Shown in pieces: positions 7,539 to 15,206 of a DNA stretch of 41,277 bases. Positions within the stretch are counted from its first letter, which is position 1; each line of letters begins with the position of its first letter. Source of the stretch: Gammaproteobacteria bacterium. GTDB lineage: Bacteria; Pseudomonadota; Gammaproteobacteria; Steroidobacterales; Rariloculaceae. A model generated the notes under the pieces. It saw only the letters and a program-made list of their open reading frames with translations. It searched no databases and was not told the DNA's origin. Location of the stretch: positions 1-41,277 of the forward strand of contig JAKZVH010000359.1 of the NCBI GenBank assembly GCA_047516145.1, given 5' to 3'. A program made the translations under genes and the position numbers.

Positions 7539-8539
7539 AGCCAGCCCCCCTCGATTGCATCCCGCGCGTGATAGGTAATGATCTGATCGGCGCCGGCGCG
7601 GCGGATTGCCAACAGGTTCTCGCGAACCACCTGGGCTTCATCCAACCAGCCGTTGGCCGCCGCTGCCTTGACCGCGGCGTATTCGCCGGAGACATTGTAG
7701 GCGGCCAGCGGAAGCCGGCTGGCGCCGCGCACGGCCCGAATGACGTCGAGATAGGCGAGGGCGGGTTTCACCATGAGCATGTCCGCGCCCTCGCGCTCAT
7801 CAAGCTCCGCTTCGCGCAGCGCCTCGCGGACGTTGCGCGGGTCCATCTGGTAGCTGCGCCGATCCCCGAATGCCGGTGCGGAGTCCGCCGCGTCGCGAAA
7901 CGGCCCGTAGTAGGCGGAGGCGTACTTGACGGCGTAGGCGAGGAGCAGGACATTGTCGTGGCCGGCCGCATCGAGGGCGTCGCGGATGGCGGCGACGCGT
8001 CCGTCCATCATGTCCGAGGGTGCGACGACATCGGCGCCAGCCTCGGCGTGGCTCAATGCGGTCCGCACCAGCGGTACGAGGGAAGCGTCATTGACTACGT
8101 GGCTGTTGTCGACGATGCCACAGTGGCCATGATCGGTGTAGGCGCAGAGGCATACGTCGGTCATTACCACGAGATCGTCGCCGAATTCGGCCTTCAGCCG
8201 GCCGACCGCGCGTTGCACACTGCCGTCCGCGGCCCACGCCGCCTGACCGTCGGCCGTCTTGTGCCCGGCTTCGTCGGAATGGCCGAAGAGGAGAACCGAT
8301 CGAATTCCCAGATCCAGGTCGCCCGCCACGCGGCTGACCAGGTTGTCGAGACCGAGTTCGGCGATGCCCGGCAGCGACGGGATGGGTCGCTCGGCCCTTC
8401 GTGTTCCAAGCACGAAGTGGGGCACGATGAACTGTGACGGTGAGATCCACGTCTCCGCCGCCAGATCCCGGATGACCTGGTTCCGGCGCAGACGTCGCGG
8501 ACGTATGCGCTTGGGAGTGGTCACTCTCGTGTCGTTCAT
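7535..8539 (-). CDS. hemB: Porphobilinogen synthase (ALA dehydratase), Zn-type
   Basis: Cys-rich metal site DVCLCAYTDHGHCG, PSDMMDGRV, and the active-site Lys region MVKPALAYLD. Confidence 0.95.
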   Translation of the reverse strand: MNDTRVTTPKRIRPRRLRRNQVIRDLAAETWISPSQFIVPHFVLGTRRAERPIPSLPGIAELGLDNLVSRVAGDLDLGIRSVLLFGHSDEAGHKTADGQAAWAADGSVQRAVGRLKAEFGDDLVVMTDVCLCAYTDHGHCGIVDNSHVVNDASLVPLVRTALSHAEAGADVVAPSDMMDGRVAAIRDALDAAGHDNVLLLAYAVKYASAYYGPFRDAADSAPAFGDRRSYQMDPRNVREALREAELDEREGADMLMVKPALAYLDVIRAVRGASRLPLAAYNVSGEYAAVKAAAANGWLDEAQVVRENLLAIRRAGADQIITYHARDAIEGGWL

Positions 8540-9324
8540 TGCATGATCTCCAACAGCCCTTCCAGGCTGGGTTGCGGCGCCTCCGCGGTTACGGTCAAGC
8601 CGGCGGCCCGCGCCGCGCGGCTGGTGGAAGGGCCGATGCTAAGTATTTCCGCCGCCGTGTCGAATTCAATCCTGTTCATCAGGCCCGTCACGGCCGACGG
8701 GCTTGCCAGGAGGATTTTATCCGCACGGAGTTCCGAGAGCGCCTGTTTTCGGGTCGGCGGCGCCGTTGGCACCGTGCGGTAAACGTTGATGCGCAGGCAC
8801 ACGCCCCCGGCGCGCCCCAATGTTTCCTCCAGGATCGGCCCGGCATTCTCAGCGACCGCGATCAATATCCGGGGGGGCTTTTGCCGTGACCCCGATTCCG
8901 CGTCGAGGCGCGCCGCCAGCGCCTGGGCCAGGGATGCCGCGGTGCCATCGGGGGCCACCAGGTCCACCCGGCCGGGCAGCCCGCGGGCTGCGTCGGCTGT
9001 CGCGGGTCCGACCGCGGCGATCAGAAGATCCGGACGTCTTTCAGCGGCAGCGCGATCCGATTCCGACGCGGAAATCCACGCTCGGAGCGCGTCGGCACCG
9101 CGCCGGGACGTCAACACAAGCCAATCGGTCGCCGGCAGCGCTGCCGCCATTCGAGACCGGGCTGCCGGATCGCGAATGGGCTGGCATTCAATGCACGGCA
9201 TCATCAGCGGTACGGCGCCTGCATTCGCCAGCCGCGACGCCCAGGGCGCGCAGTCCTCGGCGGCTCGGGTGACCAGGACCCGTTGTCCAATGAGCCCGCT
9301 CACGGCGGCTTCAGCCCGATCCAT
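8536..9324 (-). CDS. hemD: Uroporphyrinogen-III synthase
   Basis: HEM4-like size (~255-262 aa), GQRVLVTR start of the fold, and the position between hemC and hemB. The longest ORF starts at 9324 (25-nt overlap with hemC). A GTG at 9303-9301 would give the same GTGA overlap seen at the other junctions and may be the real start. Confidence 0.8.
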   Translation of the reverse strand: MDRAEAAVSGLIGQRVLVTRAAEDCAPWASRLANAGAVPLMMPCIECQPIRDPAARSRMAAALPATDWLVLTSRRGADALRAWISASESDRAAAERRPDLLIAAVGPATADAARGLPGRVDLVAPDGTAASLAQALAARLDAESGSRQKPPRILIAVAENAGPILEETLGRAGGVCLRINVYRTVPTAPPTRKQALSELRADKILLASPSAVTGLMNRIEFDTAAEILSIGPSTSRAARAAGLTVTAEAPQPSLEGLLEIMQ

Positions 9325-10220
9325 GCGGACTCCACCAGCGCGTCGAGGTCGGTTTCGCGCGCCGTTGCCTCAACAACCCTGCCCTCATGCTCAAGCCAGG
9401 CGATGAGCCGATAGGTTCCGGCCGATGGTCGGTCCGCCGTGCACCAGGCGCCGAATGCCGTGTCGCAGCCGCCCTCCACCCGGGCCAGCAATGCGCGCTC
9501 GGCTTGAACCGCCTGGCGGGTGGCGTTGTCGTCAAGGGCTTCAAGCGCCGCCCGAATTCGGGTATCCGATCGTCGGCACTGGATCGCCAGCGCGCCCTGT
9601 GACGGCGCCGGCACAAAGTTCTCCGGAGACAAACGCCGGAGCACGAATTCATCGGTCACGGGATCGGCGACGCCGTCCAGCGGACTTTGTCGCAATCTCT
9701 CGATCCCCGCGGCGGCGAGCACCACACCGTCCAGATCGCCGCGCAAGCGGTTGATGCGCGTGGGCACATTACCGCGGATGGGTACCACCGCGACGTCCGG
9801 CCGCAGGTGCCTGATCCAGGCCTGGCGCCGCGCGGAGGCCGTGCCCACTTTGGCTCCGTCGACGATGGGCAGCCCGTGACTCGGTTCGGCTGCCGCCGCC
9901 TTGTTCGTCACGAGTACGTCTGCTGGATCAATCCGCGCGGGCACCGCCGCGATCGTCAGTTCCGGCGGTGAACCCGTGGGAAGATCCTTGTAGGAGTGCA
10001 CGGCGATGTCCACGTGTGCGTCGATCAGCGCTTGCTCGATCTCCCGCACGAAGACGCCGTGCGGTCCGATCGCGCTGAAGGATGTCGCGGGGGATCGGTC
10101 CCCGGCGGTCGTGATGATAGTGATCGACGTTTCGTGCCCGAGCCTGGCGAGTTCCCCGGCGATACCAGCGGTTTGCGTGCGCGCCAGATGCGATCCGCGC
10201 GTTCCCAGCCGGAGCTTCAT
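9300..10220 (-). CDS. hemC: Hydroxymethylbilane synthase (porphobilinogen deaminase)
   Basis: N-terminal KLRLGTRGSHLARTQT, with SYKDLP and IRGNVPTRI motifs. Confidence 0.95.
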   Translation of the reverse strand: MKLRLGTRGSHLARTQTAGIAGELARLGHETSITIITTAGDRSPATSFSAIGPHGVFVREIEQALIDAHVDIAVHSYKDLPTGSPPELTIAAVPARIDPADVLVTNKAAAAEPSHGLPIVDGAKVGTASARRQAWIRHLRPDVAVVPIRGNVPTRINRLRGDLDGVVLAAAGIERLRQSPLDGVADPVTDEFVLRRLSPENFVPAPSQGALAIQCRRSDTRIRAALEALDDNATRQAVQAERALLARVEGGCDTAFGAWCTADRPSAGTYRLIAWLEHEGRVVEATARETDLDALVESAWIGLKPP

Positions 10221-11629
10221 CGGTTTGCCCCCTGGACGCCGTCCGCGCCCTTCGCTGCGCCGGAGAGATCGTTGCGCCCCGTCCCGCGAACGGCATCGCG
10301 TCCGTGTGGGGCGCGGTCGAGCGCCCGGCGCAGTTCCTCGGCGAACTCCGCGTCGAGCCCCTGGAGAAAGGCGTCCAGCGATCCGTCGGGCCCGTGGTGC
10401 AGAAGGCCTCTCAGCCCCAGTGTCGGGATATGCGCGAAGCGCCGCGCCAGGACCTCGGCCCAGGTTTCGATGGCTTCCCGCTCGGCCTCTCCGAGTCCCT
10501 TCAAATCTTTCTTGAGCAATCGCCGCACACCTTCCCGGGCGGTATGCCGGTAGCGGTTCTGCAGAGCGCCGAACAGCGGGCCGTAGACTCGCTCTGCGAA
10601 CCGGTCCCGAAGCCGGGGCAATGCTTCGTCCACGAGTTCGCGCGCCTGGGCGGTTTCAAGTAGTCGCGCCGCGCGGTTGCCCTGGGCTACGCGGACGATC
10701 TCGTCCATGCCCATGCGATGCAGGCCGAGCTTCTCGCAGGCGCGGCTGTCGATATTCTCGGGGACGGCCATGTCGATCAGGACGGGTGCCTCACCGGAAG
10801 GCGTCTTCGCGGCAATCCGTTCGAGTACCGATTCCGTCAGCAGCGGTTCGGGCGCGCCGGCCGAGCTGAGCACGGCTTCCACGGCCGGGGGATCGCGCAG
10901 AAAGTCGGCCAGCGCCACAGCCTCGGCGGAGTATGCGTCCGCGGCAGCCCGGGCCTTGGCTACCGTTCGATTCACGAAGATCAGCGGCGTACCGGATTTC
11001 GCCAACGACCGCGCCGCCCTCTCCGTCATGGCCGAGACACCCACCAGGGCGACGGCGCCGGGGGTGCGCTTGAGCCGCTCGCGCAGCCGCGCCACGGCGA
11101 CCTCCGCCAAAGACACGCGCCCGTGCCCCAGGCGCGTCGCACCGCGCACCCGCGCCGCGATGATCAGGGTTTCGTCGAAGAGCAGTTCCAATCGCGGTCC
11201 GCTGAGCCCCAGGGCGATCGCGCGATCGCGGCAGTCGCGGACCTGACCGACGATTTCCACCTCGCCGACCGCGGCGGAATCCAGTCCGGCGGCGACCAGA
11301 AACAAGTGCTCGCAGGCCCCCTCGCCCTGCCACGCCTTGAGCGCGCGCTGGGCTTCGCCGGGGCCCGGTGCCTGGCCGGTGAGCAGTTCGTATGCCTGGG
11401 GCCGAAGGTCGGTGTGGCGACGGTCACCCGGAACCGCGTCCGGGGCCCGCGCGAAGATGAGTTCGACGCGGTTGCAGGTATCCAGGTAGGCGAGTTCCGA
11501 CAGACCGGCTTGGTGGGCGAAGTCCTGCAGGCGTCGGTCGCGCGCCGCCTTCGGCAAGGCGAAGCGAGCCAGGGCTTCGCTGCCGTCCTGGCGCCACGAA
11601 ATGCCGACGATGCCGAGTTCTTCCAACAC
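10217..11629 (-). CDS. hemA: Glutamyl-tRNA reductase
   Basis: Catalytic-Cys motif LDTCNRVELIF, a central Rossmann segment VALVGVSAMTERAA, and a C-terminal dimerisation helix region. The start is a GTG with no purine-rich SD upstream. Confidence 0.93.
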   Translation of the reverse strand: MLEELGIVGISWRQDGSEALARFALPKAARDRRLQDFAHQAGLSELAYLDTCNRVELIFARAPDAVPGDRRHTDLRPQAYELLTGQAPGPGEAQRALKAWQGEGACEHLFLVAAGLDSAAVGEVEIVGQVRDCRDRAIALGLSGPRLELLFDETLIIAARVRGATRLGHGRVSLAEVAVARLRERLKRTPGAVALVGVSAMTERAARSLAKSGTPLIFVNRTVAKARAAADAYSAEAVALADFLRDPPAVEAVLSSAGAPEPLLTESVLERIAAKTPSGEAPVLIDMAVPENIDSRACEKLGLHRMGMDEIVRVAQGNRAARLLETAQARELVDEALPRLRDRFAERVYGPLFGALQNRYRHTAREGVRRLLKKDLKGLGEAEREAIETWAEVLARRFAHIPTLGLRGLLHHGPDGSLDAFLQGLDAEFAEELRRALDRAPHGRDAVRGTGRNDLSGAAKGADGVQGANR

Positions 11630-11660
11630 GGGGGAAAGGGTAGGGATCGGTGGGGCGCGA

Positions 11661-11678
11661 TTGTCATCGGACTGTCAC
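11661..11678 (+). promoter_or_regulatory. Pho-box-like direct repeat (TTGTCAT-cgga-CTGTCAC, 11-bp period) in the hemA/MBL divergent region
   Basis: Read directly from the sequence. It lies 32-49 nt upstream of the hemA GTG. This architecture is typical of OmpR/PhoB-family binding sites. The function is inferred only. Confidence 0.3.
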
Positions 11679-11841
11679 AGCAGGTCGCTGCCGGACGATC
11701 CGCGCATGCAGTAGCCGGTCGGCGAGGCAAACGCGATCAACAGGGTCTACGCAGGTTTGTGCGGGCGCGGGCACGCGGTACACTGGGATACCGGGATCGA
11801 ACGCGGTTCCAGTCGACAAGTGCAACAAGAGAAGGGGACCG

Positions 11842-12705
11842 ATGAATAAACAGCTTATCGTAATGCTCGCGGGTACGCTGGCGCTGCCAGTGACGCAATC
11901 CGCCCTGGCCCAGGACGAACCGTTTCGAGAGATCGTCAACATCGCCGGCGATCTCTATCGGGCCACGAACAATGGCCACCACACCGCTTTTCTGGTGACG
12001 TCCGAGGGCATCATCCTCACCGATCCGATCGGGACCGACTTCGCGACCTGGCTCAAGGCGGAGCTGGAAGAGCGGTTCGGAGTGCCCGTGCGCTACGTGC
12101 TCTACAGCCACTACCATGATGACCACGCCTCGGGAGGAGCCGTTTTCGACGACACGGCCGAGTTCATCGGCCACGACAATATGCCCATTAACCTGGCACG
12201 GGAGGAGGGCAATGAAATCTTCGCCGAGGTCCGCCCGCCGGACCGCACGTATTCCGGCAGCACCAGCGTGACCCTCGGCGGCAAGACCGTGGAGATGATC
12301 TACGCGCTTCCGAGCCACAGCGATGACTCCTCGATCATCCGTTTCCCCGACGAGCGCACCATATTCGCGGTGGACTTTGTCAACGTCCGTCGCGTGCCGT
12401 TCCAAACGATGGGCGGGGGCGACATTGCCACCTGGATCGCGGCCAACCACCATCTCCAGTCGACGGTGGACTACGACATCGTCGCCCCGGGTCACGGGCC
12501 GATCGGGACCAAGGCGGACGTGGATGATTCGACCCGCTACCTGGAAGATCTGCTGGCGGCCGTGTCCGAAGCGGTGGACGCTGGAATGAGTCTGGAGGAG
12601 GCGCAGCAGAGCGTGCTCATGGAAGATTACAGCGATTACGCGCAATACGATGTCTGGCGGGCCATGAACGTGCAGGGCGTCTACGAGAGATTGACCGCGG
12701 AATAG
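11842..12705 (+). CDS. Secreted MBL-fold metallo-hydrolase
   Basis: ORF 11650..12705 was trimmed to the ATG at 11842, which is preceded by gaagggga. The signal peptide is MNKQLIVMLAGTLALPVTQSALA-QD. The HxHxDH motif is LYSHYHDDHASGG. Confidence 0.85.
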   Translation: MNKQLIVMLAGTLALPVTQSALAQDEPFREIVNIAGDLYRATNNGHHTAFLVTSEGIILTDPIGTDFATWLKAELEERFGVPVRYVLYSHYHDDHASGGAVFDDTAEFIGHDNMPINLAREEGNEIFAEVRPPDRTYSGSTSVTLGGKTVEMIYALPSHSDDSSIIRFPDERTIFAVDFVNVRRVPFQTMGGGDIATWIAANHHLQSTVDYDIVAPGHGPIGTKADVDDSTRYLEDLLAAVSEAVDAGMSLEEAQQSVLMEDYSDYAQYDVWRAMNVQGVYERLTAE

Positions 12706-12871
12706 CTGCTTCGGCAACTCCTGAAACACGCGCGGGGAAACAAATCGATATAACGAACCGATACCCGTCGAGACGCGCGTTTCCGGGGTATCTCGCCGCC
12801 AGTCCGGCCTTGATTCCGGCATGCTCCGCCGTCGCGCAGCTATGTCGCCTGAGTAAGCGGATCAGCCGCGA

Positions 12872-13279
12872 CTACGATTGGCCGGCATTGTTCTTTCGCC
12901 CACGGCCGAGGATGGCCACCACAACCCACACGGGCGCGCTCAGCACGACCGCGTAGATCGCGATCGCAATGGGTCCGAGCAGGCCGGCGATCTGAGTCGC
13001 CGCGACCGTGATCGCCCCGAGCGCCGCCATGGCCAGCCACGAAACCCGAGGGTAGCCGTGCCGCCACAGCCGCCGGCACGCAAACGCCAGCGGCATCCCG
13101 CAGGGCGCAACGACAATCAACGATGTCGACGCGGCAAGCAGCGACAGCCATCCCATGGGGGTCGCCAGTTGCTCGGAAACGCGCACGACCGATGTCAGTA
13201 TGACGCCGGCAGGCAGCCAGACCAGCGAACCGATCAGGAAGGCGTGGCGTGAGTGGACCAGTTCGTTCAATCGGGACAT
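12872..13279 (-). CDS. Small integral membrane protein (about 4 TM helices), unknown function
   Basis: 135 aa and strongly hydrophobic, with helix-like segments (FLIGSLVWLPAGVILTSVV, WLSLLAASTSLIVVAP, WLAMAALGAITVAATQIAGLL, IAIAIYAVVLSAPVWVVVAIL). The overlapping frame 12840..13286 translates to Arg/Ala junk. Confidence 0.5.
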   Translation of the reverse strand: MSRLNELVHSRHAFLIGSLVWLPAGVILTSVVRVSEQLATPMGWLSLLAASTSLIVVAPCGMPLAFACRRLWRHGYPRVSWLAMAALGAITVAATQIAGLLGPIAIAIYAVVLSAPVWVVVAILGRGRKNNAGQS

Positions 13280-13480
13280 GACTCAACCTGCCTGTTTCTT
13301 CGTTCCCATGTGATGCATCATCGCAGCGTCCGCGTACACATGACCCATCACTCCGTATGCCTTGCGGATAGAGGCCAACATTGGTGTCCGAGTTCCACCG
13401 CGGTCACCCGTCGAGTGAAATATTTACGGTTAATATTGTCTGAATCGGTGATGTTCGCGATCCAGGCAAGGTACTGACCC

Positions 13481-14347
13481 ATGCGCATCTCGTCAATTGA
13501 AGGCAATCGCCAGTGGCTGGACGGCGGCGCGATGTTCGGCAACGCGCCGCGGGCGCTGTGGGCCCGATGGATGGAGCCGGACGAGCACAACCGCATTGAA
13601 TTGGCGTGCCGCGCGATCCTGGCCGAGGACGTGGAGGGCAAGCGAGTCCTGTTCGAAACCGGCATCGGCCATTTCTTCGAGCCGCGGCTTCGGACCCAGT
13701 ACGGCGTCTTTGAGGACGAGCATGTGCTGCTGCGTTCGCTGGAAGCGCGCGGCATTTCCCATGAGGACATCGACGCCGTGGTGCTCAGCCATCTGCACTT
13801 CGAGCATGCCGGGGGTCTACTGACGTCGTACTCGTCAGGTGAAGCGTTGCGGCTGCTCTTTCCCAACGCCCGCTACCTGGTGAGCGTCGACGCCTGGGCG
13901 CGCGCCAGGAATCCACATCCACGGGACCGGGCTTCGTTCATCCCGGAGCTCACGTCGTTGCTCGAATCGAGCGGCCGGCTGGAGCTTGTTGAGGGAGCGC
14001 ATTCGCCAAACCTGGGGATGGCGGTCCGGTTCGAGTTCAGTCACGGGCATACCCCGGGGCTGATGCTTGCGGAGATCGGCGGCGACGGAGGCGTGGTATT
14101 TTGCACGGACCCGATTCCCGCCCGGCCCTGGGTCCACCTCCCCATCGCCATGGGCTACGACCGCTACCCGGAGCAACTCGTCGACGAGAAGCGGGCATTC
14201 CTTGCGGACAAGCTGGCCCGCGGCGTGCGGCTGTTCTTTACTCACGATACCGAATGCGCGATGGCCCGGCCGGTACTGGACCAGCGCGGCCGCTTCACCA
14301 CCGCCGATGAGCGGCGATCGGTCGACGGGTTGGTTGTGGCCGCTTGA
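13481..14347 (+). CDS. Cytoplasmic MBL-fold metallo-hydrolase with a variant HxHxEH motif
   Basis: [13 protein letters not shown], with later SHGHTPG and FTHD motifs. No signal peptide. Confidence 0.8.
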   Translation: MRISSIEGNRQWLDGGAMFGNAPRALWARWMEPDEHNRIELACRAILAEDVEGKRVLFETGIGHFFEPRLRTQYGVFEDEHVLLRSLEARGISHEDIDAVVLSHLHFEHAGGLLTSYSSGEALRLLFPNARYLVSVDAWARARNPHPRDRASFIPELTSLLESSGRLELVEGAHSPNLGMAVRFEFSHGHTPGLMLAEIGGDGGVVFCTDPIPARPWVHLPIAMGYDRYPEQLVDEKRAFLADKLARGVRLFFTHDTECAMARPVLDQRGRFTTADERRSVDGLVVAA

Positions 14348-14471
14348 CCGCGCAACCGTCATGCTCGCCGGGACCTCGGATGGCCTTGACGGGCCGCGGC
14401 GCGGACCCGGCTCGCAGGAATCGACAACGGCGGGAGTACTGCCGGCAGTTCCCGACTCGCGGGGCGGTCGC

Positions 14472-14714
14472 CTACCCCGCCTTCCGGATCTCCTCCCGGA
14501 CGACGCGGCGCAGAGTCGCTTCCAGTTCGTCGTTGGCCAGGTAGTCGCGGAGCGCCTGATTGATGGCGGTCTGGTAGCCGCGGCCAGCGTCGCTCGCCCG
14601 CGCGCGGAAGGCGGCAACGATGTCGCGGTCCAGCAGGATGGTGATCCGGGTCTTGCCGGGCTGCTTCAGCGCCGGGCCTCTGACGGCGTCGGTCAGGTTA
14701 TATTCCTTTCGCAT
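14472..14714 (-). CDS. brnA: BrnA-family type II antitoxin (RHH/CopG-like)
   Basis: 80 aa. The segment KTRITILLDRDIVAAFRARA..GYQTAINQALRDYL is the BrnA pattern. It overlaps the upstream toxin gene by 17 nt. Confidence 0.85.
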   Translation of the reverse strand: MRKEYNLTDAVRGPALKQPGKTRITILLDRDIVAAFRARASDAGRGYQTAINQALRDYLANDELEATLRRVVREEIRKAG

Positions 14715-14970
14715 AGATATCTTTCTCCTTTCGGGTGGCGGGGCGCGCGGAGATCAGTCTGACGTTTTTTTCGCGATAGGCGTAGACGACCGCGACGATC
14801 CTTCCGAGGGCGTCGGCGTCCACGGTCACGAAACGCTCTTCGCCGCGGGCGTCGGAATCCTCGCGCGTCAGGCCTGAGGGGTCGCTGAGGGCAAGCTCGG
14901 CGTCTTCGAAGGCAACGCCGTGCTTGGCGAGGTTCGCGCGTGCCTTGAGCGGATCCCAGTTCGTTTCCAC
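14698..14970 (-). CDS. brnT: BrnT-family type II toxin (DUF497 ribonuclease toxin)
   Basis: 90 aa. WDPLKARANLAKHGVAFEDA..DPSGLTRED..EERF..VVYAYREKNVRLISARPATRKE is the BrnT fold signature. The start is a GTG. Confidence 0.85.
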   Translation of the reverse strand: METNWDPLKARANLAKHGVAFEDAELALSDPSGLTREDSDARGEERFVTVDADALGRIVAVVYAYREKNVRLISARPATRKEKDIYAKGI

Positions 14971-14975
14971 GGCGA

Positions 14976-15021
14976 ATTATATGTATGAACGTATGTATGT
15001 TGTCAACGGCGTTGTCGACAA
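14976..15021 (-). promoter_or_regulatory. Near-consensus sigma70-type promoter plus TTGTC[A/G]AC repeats upstream of brnT
   Basis: The minus strand reads TTGACA (15006-15001), then a spacer, then TATAAT (14981-14976), then TCGCC, then GTG (14970). TTGTCAAC (15000-15007) and TTGTCGAC (15012-19) are direct repeats. TTGTCGACAA (15012-15021) is a perfect palindrome. The element sits in an AT-rich island within otherwise GC-rich DNA. Confidence 0.5.
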
Positions 15022-15206
15022 ACGAGATGCCGGCCTGATCAGGTGATCGACGCCGGTGGAACCGGGGCCTTCGGACGACGCTTGAGCGGCTGCCGGTGAT
15101 GGCCGTGGACAGTATGCGCGATCAATGGGCGCGGGACGGGCGGGGCTGGTTCACCACGACCGACAACCGCTTATCCGTGGATGAACTCGTTCTGGATGCC
15201 TGACCG

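Noticed and set aside
12840-13286. Alternative frame 12840..13286 (148 aa) overlapping the small membrane-protein ORF.
   Set aside because: Its translation is Arg/Ala/Gly-rich with no hydrophobic pattern, whereas the 12872..13279 frame gives four clean TM-like helices. Only one of the two can be real.
15099-15203. A short plus-strand ORF (34 codons, MAVDSMRDQWARDGRGWFTTTDNRLSVDELVLDA) in the 236-nt gap between brnT and the kinase gene.
   Set aside because: No SD, no recognisable motif, and the open frame begins only 60 nt upstream. It could be a remnant of a degraded gene, but there is no support from the sequence alone.
14348-15206. Possibility that the brnTA pair marks a mobile element or genomic island.
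   Set aside because: No integrase, transposase, tRNA attachment site, or flanking direct or inverted repeats were found. Only the short AT-rich promoter patch differs compositionally.
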